64,000 bases of DNA from the NCBI GenBank assembly GCA_030141605.1, contig JAQGDQ010000733.1, positions 41,737 to 105,736 of the forward strand, given 5' to 3'. Origin of the DNA: Tubiluchus corallicola. Lineage: Eukaryota; Animalia; Priapulida. The translations under genes were made by a program, and so were the position numbers. Within the stretch, counting starts at the first letter, position 1, and each line of letters starts with the position of its first letter. Shown here piece by piece: positions 39,266 to 50,640 of this stretch. A model generated the notes under the pieces. The model had not been told where the DNA came from, made no database searches, and worked only from the letters and a program-made list of their open reading frames with translations.

Positions 39266-40425
39266 TTTTACACGTCAAATGTAGACACAGGAAAGTTCAA
39301 ATATGACTTAGGTAAGTCAAATGTAGACATGGGAAAGTTCAAATGTGACTTAGGTAAGTCAAATGTGGACACAGGAAAGTTCAAATGTGACTTAGGTAAG
39401 TCAAATGTAGACACAGGAAAGTTCAAATGTGACTTAGGAAAGTCAAGTGTAGATACAGGAATGTTCAAATGCGACTTAGGTAAGTCAAATGTAGATGCAA
39501 TTAACGTTAAGAATGTAGTGGAATTGGTTCCCACTTCCCAATGAACAGTGAATCACTAATTAGTTTTTTAAGTAATGCATTAGTACTGCATTAATGAATT
39601 AGTTTTTCTCAAGAAACATAGTTTATTTTAAGAATGTATTGTTTTCTCTAACAATTCCAGTGGTATGCAAAGTTTGCAGAATATTAGTGAACTATTAGTA
39701 GACCTATAAAGTTGTTATTTTAACTTAAGAGCAATTATTAAATTGAAAATAAAGAAGATTAAATTTAACATCGTTAAACTTTAACACCTATCCACATTTG
39801 AGATACCAATGTCACACTTGACTTGACATGTGTCTACATTTGAGTTACCAAAAACGCTTAAGATTTCTTGAAAACCATTGTTAACACATTTGAACTACCT
39901 AAGTCTACATTTGAGTTACCAAGACACATTTGAATTACCTAAGTCTACATTTGAGTTACCAAGACACATTTGAACCACCTAAGTCTACATTTGAGTTACC
40001 AAGACACATTTGAACCACCTAAGTCTACATTTGAGTTACCAAGACACATTTGAACCACCTAAGTCTACATTGCAGCTACCAAGACACATTTGAACCACCT
40101 AAGTCTACATTTGAGCTACCAAGACACATTTGAACTACCTAAGTCTACATTTGAGTTACCAAGACACATTTGAACTACCTAAGTCTACATTTGAGTTACC
40201 AAGACACATTTGAACTACCTAAATCTACATTTGAGTTACCAAGACACATTTGAATTACCTAAGTCTACATTTGAGTTACCAAGACACATTTGAACTACCT
40301 AAGTCTACATTTGAGTTACCAGGACACATTTGAACTACCTAAGTCTACATTTGAGTTACCAAGACACATTTGAATTACCTAAATCTACATTTGAGATAAT
40401 ACAGGTCTACATTTGACATGTAAAA
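39266..40425. mobile_element. Foldback-like element with repeat-built arms (42-bp units left, 40-bp units right, inverted)
   Basis: Terminal IR TTTTACACGTCAAATGTAGAC / GTCTACATTTGACATGTAAAA; subunit TCAAATGTAGAC repeated in opposite orientations. Confidence 0.75.
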
Positions 40426-40634
40426 CCTATATTTTTTTTAATTAGCGCTGTCTTCCATGCAAGGAATCATTGAGCGCTTTTTGGAGAATTACTTTTCTTT
40501 TTCACCATCATTTTTTTCTTGGTATTTAAATTAATTTATTACAAATGTTTAAAATCTGTTTTGAATTTTCTGTTTTCTTTCGGCTTCCTGGTAATTTTTA
40601 CGGCAGTTTTGCAAATTTTGCAAACATTTTACAG

Positions 40635-40775
40635 GCTGGAATGGACATGGGTATAGTGAACGCTGGAAACTTGCCGGTCTACAGCGACATTGAACCCAAA
40701 CTGCTGGACCTGTGTGAAAAATTAGTGTGGAACCGAGATCCGACGGCAACGGAGAAGCTCCTAGAGTACGCACAG
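40635..40775 (+). CDS. MTR: MTR exon 16 ([11 protein letters not shown]...EKLLEYAQ)
   Basis: 141 nt; donor CAG|gtaagg. Confidence 0.95.
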
Positions 40776-41062
40776 GTAAGGCAACTTCACTTTTGTTGTA
40801 TTTGGAATGCGAGTAACACGCATTTGAATGAGTTTTTGTATCTGTCATCAGTGTGAGCTGGGATGGAGTACGCACAGGTAAGGCGACTTCACTTTTGTTG
40901 TATTTGGAATGCGAGTAACACGCATTTGAATGAGTTTTTGTTTCTGTCATCAGTGTGAGCTGGGATGGAGTACGCACAGGTAAGGCAACTTCACTTTTGT
41001 TGTATTTGGAATGCGAGTAACACGCATTTGAATGAGTTTTTGTTTCTGTCATCAGTGTGAGC
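40764..41062 (+). repeat. 102-bp tandem triplication spanning the exon 16 donor
   Basis: GAGTACGCACAG|GTAAGG at 40764, 40866 and 40968. Confidence 0.95.
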
Positions 41063-41195
41063 AAGGATGTTAAATTTCAGTTTGTCGATAATTACACTTC
41101 CAATTAAGTCTCGGTTTGGGCGAAATTTATTTCATAGCTAAAATCTTGGATGATTTTCGGTAGCATTTTACAGAGGTTTTACTAGTATTTATCCC

Positions 41196-41384
41196 ATCTA
41201 TGGCCATATCACGTTGAAAACACCGGTTCTCGTCTGATCACCGAAGTTAAGCAACGTAGAGCCTGGTTAGTACTTGGATGGGCGACCGCCTAGGAATACC
41301 AGGTGCTGTTGGCTTGCGGGATGCCCACACTGTATCTCGACACTAGGCAGAGGAGCTGCACAAGGCAGCCAATGGCTAGAGGGC
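41196..41384 (+). mobile_element. 5S-derived SINE3, 3'-truncated copy
   Basis: 5S-like 41196-41315 plus ~70 nt of the same body as the 32.9 kb copy. Confidence 0.85.
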
Positions 41385-41951
41385 TACTACACAAACAAAA
41401 ATGTTTCTGGTAAACAGGAAATGTTTATATTATGCTCAAAACAGGCACTTTGCATAAACAAACCTAATTTCAAAGTATTAACTTTTAAACTCTGTGATAT
41501 GTTAGTGAAAAATTTGATGATTCTACACAAAATAATGCAACGTGTGCAAGTTTAAGACTATCAACACCAGTGACTCAGGAAAGCCAGTTTCTATTTAAAA
41601 GAAAGATACAGAACATTTTACCATCATTTGGAGAAATATTTAAAAGCAGCTCAGTACTGGCAGCATTCTTCTGTGGCACTTTGTCGTGAAGTTTGGATGA
41701 AAGTTTTTTGCCTTATTACTAAATATTTTATAGCAAGTGTTGCTAAGTGTGAATTACTATTAGAACTATTATTGCTTGGTCTTAGTTACTTACAACAAAC
41801 TAGACAATTCTTAGTGATCTATATATCTGCTTTTATTCTATACGACAAACTGTGAATTAATCTTAGCTTGGTTCAAGTTGAGAAACGTGGCTGGACCATT
41901 TCAGAAGAGTCAACTTTGAATTTGTTGCTGTTCCAATAATTGCTCCCACAG

Positions 41952-42531
41952 ATGAAGTCGCCAATCAAAGTTGGATTTTATCTGATCTCTCTGATCACGG
42001 TGTGTAGTGGATTGAGCGCATGTGGTGATCCGTCTTGGCAGTGCGAATGCAATGAGTTTTTCGGTAATTGGACAGAAATGCTTTGCAATTGGCAAAATTT
42101 GTCCCTATCAGACATACAGAATATTTCAAATACATTACCAAAAAATATCTACACGCTCAAGATTTACAACTATTCAAGCAGTGAATTTCCAGACAAATTT
42201 TTGGCAGGAAAACAGATCGTGTCTTTGTACATAGAGCACTCCAAGAAGCTGAAGCGCATCAATGAAACCAGTATAGCAGCTGACACCTGGAAATTATACT
42301 TGCGTGACCTCGCTGCTTTAGAGACAATTGACTCTATGGCATTCCAAGCAATGACAGGACTGGATTTTCTCGAAATTTGGAGATGCTCCCAGCTGACATC
42401 GATTACTGGGCACTTGTCTTTTACACAAAATCCATATCTGGATAGAATTGACATTGGACAGACATCTATGGAAACACTTAAGGAGCCAAGATTACACAGT
42501 AGCGTACAAATGATTGATTTATACTTGCGGG
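41952..42531 (+). CDS. Nested LRR protein, coding exon 1 (signal peptide, LRRNT, about 5 LRRs)
   Basis: MKSPIKVGFYLISLITVCSGLSA signal-like peptide; Cys cap CGDPSWQCEC...MLC; LxxLxL/IxxxxLxxI repeats; donor CGG G|gtgagt. Confidence 0.85.
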
Positions 42532-42762
42532 GTGAGTTAAATTCAAATTTTTGACTAACAACTTTCAGCAGAGCACGAAGCCAGTGTGGTCAATTGAATA
42601 CATTTATGTGTCATAAGATTTAATGAACACAGTGTCCTTACAATAGGTGAGCAAGTTTGTCTTATGCGATGCTTTAGGTAAAACTTCTTTCACTATTCTT
42701 ATAAGTTTTGTACTTTAATCGTTGTTTTGCTATTGTTGTTATCATTGTTGCCATTTTTATAG

Positions 42763-42989
42763 GAAATAATTTCACGTGCGACTGTGACATCAGTTGGGTT
42801 TTCAACAAACCGTGGGAGCTAGCAAGAGATTTTCAATGCCGACAATCAGAAAATGGAAATTACAAAACAGCTACAAAAGCAGACTTTGACTATTGTTACG
42901 ATGCAACAAACCAAACCACTGAACCGTCTACAACGAGCGTCTTTGCATTAGTATTTTTAGTTTTAGCAAGTCACCTTTTTTACCTGTAA
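42763..42989 (+). CDS. Nested LRR protein, coding exon 2 (LRRCT, Thr-rich stalk, hydrophobic C-terminus)
   Basis: tttttatag| acceptor; phase-1 join gives LYLRGNNFTCDCDISW (LRRCT signature); ends VFALVFLVLASHLFYL*; 807 nt total = 268 aa; ATTAAA at 43015 and AATAAA at ~43704. Confidence 0.85.
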
Positions 42990-44604
42990 AAATGCCAGCA
43001 ATACAGCTATTCTCATTAAAAAGACATTAGCACCGCCACAGTCATTCAGCAAAAGCGCTGCGTGGCTAAAAAGCAGCTACGTTAGAAAGTGATAGTTACG
43101 AATCAATATCCTCAATTTAAAGTAATAATTTCGCCTCATCACAACATAGTGAAAGATTCATCCCAGACTGTAAAAGTTCTGACAGTCTTTCCTGCATGCG
43201 ATTCATTCCTTTTTAAACAAACAAGGTGCTTTGTTTTGAGAGGGGAGATTTTCTGTGTTAAAAAGTCTTGAAGTTGAAAAAGGAAGTTAATTTTTGAAAG
43301 TCAACAAAATTCAAGCTAACAAAGAACTGAGGGAAACCCTCATTAATTGTTATTAGTGTTCTTTTATCCACTGACCAGTGGCCAACCATAAATGCCAGTA
43401 ACTCTATTGCTAAGTGTGTTGTTATAGATAAGAATAGGTAGAAAAACAATTACACTAGTTAGAGATGTAAGTCTTTGTGAAGCAATAAGATGGATCACGT
43501 CAGCGATTAGAAAATTAAGAAGTTGAAGTGATGCTAAACTATTCAGGTTGGTGATTGTGTGTAAAGCAGATAGATGACCGTTTTATATTTATAACATAAT
43601 AATATGCCATAATAATATAATATGTATACACATTCATTATGTGTGCACAATAGCCAGCATTGCTGTTAGATGTTGCGTTTGTCAACAGTAATATTATATT
43701 GCCAATAAAATATAATCAAGGAAATGGTTTGTGTCAGCATTTTTCTCTCCAGATTTCCCGACGTTTGTCAGGATAAATTATTGTTACAATAAATTAATAT
43801 TTTATAATGTAAATATAGATTTTGTTTCTTTAATCTATGGAGGAGTTTGCACAGACTGTGTTTGTTTTAAAGTAAATATTTGCTTATATCTTAAAAGCAG
43901 TCAACTAGTAGACATGTTTTAGCCACGAGCATGCAACTGCATATTACACTTAGCTTTCTAAGTTTTTTTTAACGTGACTCTCAATCAATTAATCAATTTA
44001 TTTCACTCCAGCAATACATATACAATACATCAACATACAATATTATTGAAAAAAAGAAACAGTATAGGTAAAAAATATTGATGAAGTCAAATTAACCAAA
44101 TAAAAGAGTTGCTGTGTGACACCTTGAAAGCTTGGCTTGTTAGGATGGCACGAATGAATGAATGAATGAATGAATGAAATAATGGTTAGGGTTAGTAGCC
44201 GTGATGGAATGGAAAAAATAGTAAGATTAGAGATAGGAAAAAGAAAGAGAAAGGAGGATAAGTGAATGAAAGAATCGCTAGGGTTTGTAAACATGATGGA
44301 ATGGAAAAAACAGTAAGATTAGAGATAGGACGGAAGGGAGGGGAGGAAACGAGAGCAGTGTATGTTTAAATTACATAGAGCTATATTAAAATTGCATATT
44401 ATAAATAATTATATACTATTTTGATGCATTTAATGGGTAACAACTTGAACATAAAACAAAACTTACATGTATGTTAGTTGTTAAAATCATAATAATAAGC
44501 TTAGAGAAGGTTAAACTGTTAAAAGGTTACGTAAACGAGTTTTATTTTACTGTTATTAAAGCCAGGTGTATGATTCTTAGGCATCCAGTATAGCTAACTA
44601 TATA

Positions 44605-45370
44605 CCGTATATACTCGCATATAAGCCGACCCCCTAAAACTGCTTTAAAATGGCCAGTTTTTGCAAAAACCCGTATATAAGCCGACCATCAACTTTTAGC
44701 TTGAAGTCAGCAGTATAGGACATACGTTTTCTTTTTTCTCCAGGCATGGTGTATTGCACAAATAATTTTACAACTAAAATTATCAAAATTCAGCACACTT
44801 TTAAATTCTGTGGCCGCGTGCTCACGTTTGCCTCATTGGTTTGCTGTTCCTCTATAAGCCACGTGACCCTCGTCTCCCCACGCGCTGCCTACCAATTGGC
44901 TGATGACGTCGGCTTGGTTACGGCTCGCAACTGGTGACACACAGTGGTGTATTGCTAAATAAAAAGTAGGTGGACGGCTAGTCTCAAGACTTACCATTTT
45001 ACATTCACAAATTTTAAAGAAATTGACATTATTTAAAACCGTTTTTTGAAAAAAGTAGATTTAATATTAAACCCGTATACATTTTTAATATTTTTTATCT
45101 AATGAATACAAAAAGCAGACATTTATTGAAATGTGAATTTTTTCTAAAAAAAAGTGGGTGGACGGCGATCCCCCACGATCCCCCTCCAATACACCACTGG
45201 CGACACACAACCAAATAAAGAGTCAGATAGCGATGAAAATGTGTGGCTGGAAAATTGGCATTAGTGTCTGTCCTTGTGTTCATTTTGTTTCATGCGCATA
45301 TAAGTCGACCCCCTGATTTCAGTATTGTATTTTATAGTTCTAAATTCGGCTTATATGCAAGTATATACGG
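44605..45370. mobile_element. Tc1/mariner-like MITE containing a nested hAT-like MITE (44942-45199)
   Basis: TA|CCGTATATACTCGCATATAAGCCGA TIR; inner CAGTGGTGTATTG TIR with TSD GTGACACA/GCGACACA. Confidence 0.88.
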
Positions 45371-46163
45371 TATATATATATATTCATATATCACACATGA
45401 ATACATATAAAGGTTATGTACACGAATTTTATTTTGCTGTTATTAAAGCCGGGTATATGATTCTTAGGCATCAAGTATAGCTAACTATATATATATATAT
45501 TCATATATCACGTATAAATACATATAAAGGTTATATAAACGAGTTTTATTTTGCTGTTATTAAAGCCGGGTATATGATTCCTAAGCATCCAGTATAGCTA
45601 ACTACATATATATACATTCATATATCACACATAAATTCCTATAAAAAGCTTAAAGATTTGAGTTCACGGTCATTAAAAATCTGGACGGTGTTTGTCGATC
45701 GAGTTCATGAAAATGATAAGTTGCTTTAACTTTTGAATCGATGAATAACTTAAATAGCAAATGCTTCAAACATTCTCTGATTCTCTCACATTCTCTTGTA
45801 TACTTGTATTTTCAGATACACTATAATTTTTCCAGATTTTCACGTTTACTGTAAACATTTCGCGTTCCTTCATACTTTTGTGTTGTAGAATTCTCGCACA
45901 ATAAACTAGTTTAATTTGATGAAGTGTTTTCTGGTTTTCTCTACGAGCCTTCCGAGAGAAACAAAACACAACAGTTACTATTATGTAAAGTTATAGAGAG
46001 TGAAAAAACTAACCTTTTGTTGAGTCATCTTCATCGATACGATAAGTTGCTCTTTCGTTACCCTTTCATATTGCAGTTGCTCATGTTCCTCTGCAATTTC
46101 CCCATAGTTTCTCCGTTCTCCCGTCTTTCCTCCATTTTTTCTCTAATATCTTTTTATTTCTAG

Positions 46164-46256
46164 GCATTGCAGAAAGGCGGGGAAGCCAAAGAGTTGACGG
46201 TAGAGAGTTGGAGAGACGGCACGGTGGAGGAGCGCTTAGAGCACTCTCTGGTTAAG
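46164..46256 (+). CDS. MTR: MTR exon 17 (ALQKGG...WRDGTVEERLEHSLVK)
   Basis: AG/GT boundaries, 93 nt; start of the cap domain. Confidence 0.92.
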
Positions 46257-46377
46257 GTAATTCATTGCAAGAAGATTATTAGACAAGGGATAACAGATCG
46301 GAACTCTAACTATACTATAGTAATATCACAACTTTGAGATAACGTAGGCAAAACTGTCTGTCGTACACTGTTACAGT

Positions 46378-46592
46378 GATTACGATTGTGATGACGACGA
46401 CGATAATAATGATGATGATGACAATGACCACAATAATGAAGATGACAATGATGATGATGACAATGATGAGGATGACGCTGACGATGATGATGATGAAAAT
46501 GATTACGATGGTGATGATGATGGCGATGATGATGACGATGACGATGAGGATAATGATGACGATGATGTTGATGATGATGATGATGACGGTGA
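46378..46592. repeat. (GAT/GAC)n microsatellite
   Basis: Direct inspection. Confidence 0.95.
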
Positions 46593-46749
46593 CGGGGGCA
46601 GTGGCTTACATTACATATTCGCACATATTACATATTATAACAGTGCATAACAGTCAAGAACTAGAAACAAATCAGATCTGATTTAGATTTGAAGCCAGTG
46701 TGTTCAGTACATAAACTGGCTTCACCATTGGAAACTTTTTACATTGCAG

Positions 46750-46848
46750 GGCATTGATAAATATGTCATCGAAGATGTAGAGGAGGCTAGATCGAACAAG
46801 AGCAAATATCAGCGAACGCTACACGTCATCGAGGGCCCTCTTATGAAG
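46750..46848 (+). CDS. MTR: MTR exon 18 ([14 protein letters not shown]...VIEGPLMK)
   Basis: AG/GT boundaries, 99 nt. Confidence 0.94.
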
Positions 46849-46924
46849 GTACATAAATGCAAATGCTCGTTTATTTCATTTTTATTTCATTTTTATTTCA
46901 TTTTTTAAATCTTTATCTTGTTAA

Positions 46925-47383
46925 CCCTTTCAGTCCCAAATTATTTTTTTAATAAGAAAAAATTTTTTGGTTTGGTACTTTGTTCAGTATGTCCATCTTG
47001 TTTTGCACATAATAAATATTTTTTTCTACCTGTGCCCGCGTGCTAAATATAGCCTGTATCCCACGGGATACATTGGGATTCAATGGAAGCATAAAATGGG
47101 CTTCATTTTGGAACTGCTGATGATTTTTTAAAGTATTTAAGACATTTAGTATGCATGCTATGCTGATCTGCACAAAGTCGTCTCTAAAGTACTGTACCTT
47201 GCACAGTTTTTTATGCTATGTAGATTTTCTAGTTTGCCATTTTATCACCATTTTTAGTCTCTTGTTATTGGCTTAAATCAAAATAACTATTAACAGATCA
47301 AATAACTGTCAGGTTTAAAATTTTATTAATTTTAAAGCAGAAAATATTCTCGTATCCCACGGGATACAACGGGTATGAAAGGG
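46925..47383. mobile_element. piggyBac-like MITE
   Basis: TTAA|CCCTTTCA...TGAAAGGG|TTAA; internal GTATCCCACGGGATAC hairpins. Confidence 0.88.
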
Positions 47384-48290
47384 TTAAGAAGAATGTTTTT
47401 ATCTACTGCTGAATACTGCTTAACTGCAGTCGCTGTGTGAGTACTCGTGACCACTCGGCTGTTTAGGTTTTATTAATATTCTAATTCTTCCACTTCAATT
47501 GCATTATTTTATGAGGTGGCACAAAAAATGTGCTAAAGTGCTTTGATCGCAATATTGTAAGAAGAAAATTGTGTTATCACTTGAAAGCAAGTTCTGTGGA
47601 AGTACACATTGCAAAATGCCTCCAGTTTGCTTAGAAGTTCCGTCATTCTGATGTTGTGTTTAACTGTGTTTATCTAGAAATTAGTCCTTCAATCAATTAT
47701 GATCAAATTTAAAGTGGTTACTTTGCTTTAATCTACAGGATTACGCCTTAAAATGTGAAAGTAATTAACATTAATTGTGTAAATAGTTAATTTACAGATT
47801 TTTGTTGACTGTTAGATATGCATGTAAACTTAGTAAGTGCCGTAGTAAGTGCCGGGCTGGTTACTTAGTTTATAGAGTTCGCTCTGTAAGTAAAAAAAAG
47901 ATTCTGAAGCACCTGGCGGGATAAGTGTTTATATTGCACGGAAACCGGGTGATGCCATTTTTCATCTGAAACGACCGCGCCCAATCGTAAAGCGATCCCG
48001 ACTTTAAATTGATTTTACTAATTACACGAGATGCTTATCACAATTTGATTGTTGAAACTATTTAACGTTTTTTCTCAAATCTTAAAATGAACTCAACTTC
48101 CCGAGAGATTTGGGGCTCGACTTCCCGAGAGATTTGGGGCTCAACTTCCTGAGAGACTTTGCTTTTGCTTTAAAATGCATAATTTCAAAATGAGGCAGGA
48201 TAGGCAGTTTTCCTTTAAATTTCCGGAAGACTGTTTTTCTATTTATACTATATCTACATTAGTTTTACTATTAGTTACTTGTACTTTTAC

Positions 48291-48657
48291 TAGGGGTGAG
48301 CATCGAACGTTCGAGTTCGAACGAGTTTTTTTAGTTCGAACTCGATTCGAATCCAAAACTATAGATTCGAATAATTCAGCACTTCAATCGCACATGTTAT
48401 CATTAAAACGATTGAAACATCATGCAATTAGCATAATTTAGCTGTGATTTCTGCGCACAATTTTAAAGAAATTACTAGTCGTTTTATTGCAGAACAAAAT
48501 CTAGTGATTGGCATGATCTTTGTAAGACTAATTTTTACTGGTGGTTCGAAAACTTGTTCGAAAATCTTTCGATCTCAATTCGAATTCGGTTCGAATTCGA
48601 AACACTGAAGTTCGGTTCGATTCGAATTCGCTTTCTGGTAGAGAATGCTCACCCCTA
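48291..48657. mobile_element. hAT-like MITE rich in TTCGAA motifs
   Basis: TIR TAGGGGTGAGCAT; 8-bp TSD ACTTTTAC. Confidence 0.92.
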
Positions 48658-48679
48658 ACTTTTACACATGTTTCTTCAG

Positions 48680-48871
48680 GGGATGAGCGTCGTTGGCGAC
48701 CTCTTCGGGGCTGGAAAGATGTTTCTGCCCCAGGTCATCAAATCTGCCCGCGTCATGAAGAAGGGCGTCGGCTACCTGATTCCGTTCATGGAGGAAGAGA
48801 AGAAGGAACTACTGGAGAAGAATAGGACTACAGCGGACGTCAACGGACCATGCGTTGAGAATGCGGTTAAC
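48680..48871 (+). CDS. MTR: MTR exon 19 ([28 protein letters not shown]...)
   Basis: Conserved GKMFLPQV; the 3' end is ambiguous (AAC|gtaatt at 48871 or GCG|gttaac at 48865, both phase 0). Confidence 0.9.
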
Positions 48872-49489
48872 GTAATTGACTTTTTCTAGTGCGAGTTGTG
48901 CGGAATGTCTGGTGCGTAATTGCGCAGCTAAGGGACTTTTCTCGCCAAGTAACTTGCAAGTGTGTTCAGACTAGAGAGCAAAACTCGCTGCGAGTTACTC
49001 TCTGGCATTTAGCGTGAACTGAACTCACTCCCATCCTTTCCTATACTTTTCCCTCTAGCAATATTCCACTTAAGAAACGATTATAATGTGTTTCCAGGTT
49101 AATTAATTAGACATGCCGGGTTATGTTCAAGTAAGGTCGGGTTTTTGGTTAGGGCAGCTAGGTGGTATAAAATTAAGTCAAATAGGGGTTACTTTACGCC
49201 GAATCTTCTTCAATCTCGTGAAAATGTTTTTAAAAGTTCCCGTTTTCTTTTATTTAAATTTCGTTGATATCCTGTTAAGCAAGTGGCTGTTGCCTTGATG
49301 TGATTTTGGTGATTGGAAACTTGTCTAGCCTTCTGTCGCTTTGTATTCATGTTGCTAGGAGCACCTTCTCTTTTTTGTCATTGTTCCAGTTGGTTTACGT
49401 TGATGTTCTGTGTGTGTGTGGTCTGTATTACGTATGTGTTATGTCTGTAGATGTCATTTTAACATCTAAGGTTGGGCAGTCAATGTGAC

Positions 49490-50640
49490 TGGGTCCCCTC
49501 AGGGAGGGTTTGAAGGTAGTGAGTAGGGACCGGGTCCCCGCCGGGAGAGTTTGAGAGATAGTGAGTAAGGACCGGGTCCCCGCCGGGAGAGTTTGAAGAT
49601 AGTGAGTAGGGACTGGGTCTCCGCCGGGAGAGTTTGAAGATAGTGAGTAAGGACCGGGTCCCCGCCTTGAGAGTTTGTAGATAGTGAGTAGGAACCGGGT
49701 CCCCGCCGGGAGAGTTTGTAGATAGTGAGTAGGAACCGGGTCCCCGCCGGGAGAGTTTGAAGATAGTGAGTAGGAACCGGATCCCCGCCGGGAGAGTTTG
49801 AAGCTAGTGAGTAAGGACCGGGTCCCCGCCTGGAGAGTTTGAAGATAGTGAGTAGGGACCGGGTCTCCGCCGGGAGAGTTTGAAGATAGTGAGTAAGGAC
49901 CGGGTCCCCGCCTGGAGAGTTTGAAGATAGTGAGTAGGGACCGGGTCCCCGCCAAGAGAGTTTGAAGATAGTGAGTAGGGACCGGGTCCCCGCCGGGAGA
50001 GTTTGTAGATAGTGAGTAGGAACCGGGTCCCCGCCAAGAGAGTTTGAAGCTAGTGAGTATGGACCGGGTCCCCGCCGGGAGAGTTTGTAGATAGTGAGTA
50101 GGAACCGGGTCCCCGCCGGGAGAGTTTGAAGATAGTGAGTAGGGACCGGGTCTCCGCCGGGAGAGTTTGAAGATAGTGAGTAAGGACCGGGTCCCCGCCG
50201 GGAGAGTTTGTAGATAGTGAGTAGGAACCGGGTCCCCGCCTGGAGAGTTTGAAGATAGTGAGTAGGGACCGGGTCCCCGCCGGGAGAGTTTGAAGATAGT
50301 GAGTAGGGACCGGGTCCCCGCCTGGAGAGTTTGAAGATAGTGAGTAAGGACCGGGTCCCCCCCGGGAGAGTTTGTAGATAGTGAGTAGGAACCGGGTCCC
50401 CGCCTTGAGAGTTTGTAGATAGTGAGTAGGAACCGGGTCCCCGCCGGAAGAGTTTGTAGATAGTGAGTAGGAACCGGGTCCCCGCCGGGAGAGTTTGTAG
50501 ATAGTGAGAAGGAACCGAGTCCCCGCCGGGAGAGTTTGAAGATAGTGAGTAGGAACCGGGTCCCCGCCGGGAGAGTTTGTAGATAGTGAGTAGGGACCGG
50601 GTCCCCGCCGGGAGAGTTTGAAGATAGTGAGTAGGGACCG
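49490..50640. repeat. 41-bp GC-rich satellite, about 28 copies
   Basis: Unit gatagtgagtagggaccgggtccccgccgggagagtttgaa. Confidence 0.97.

Noticed and set aside
41196-41315. Functional 5S rRNA genes (also 32873-32992)
   Set aside because: The copies differ from each other, lack an oligo-T terminator and continue into a shared SINE-like body.
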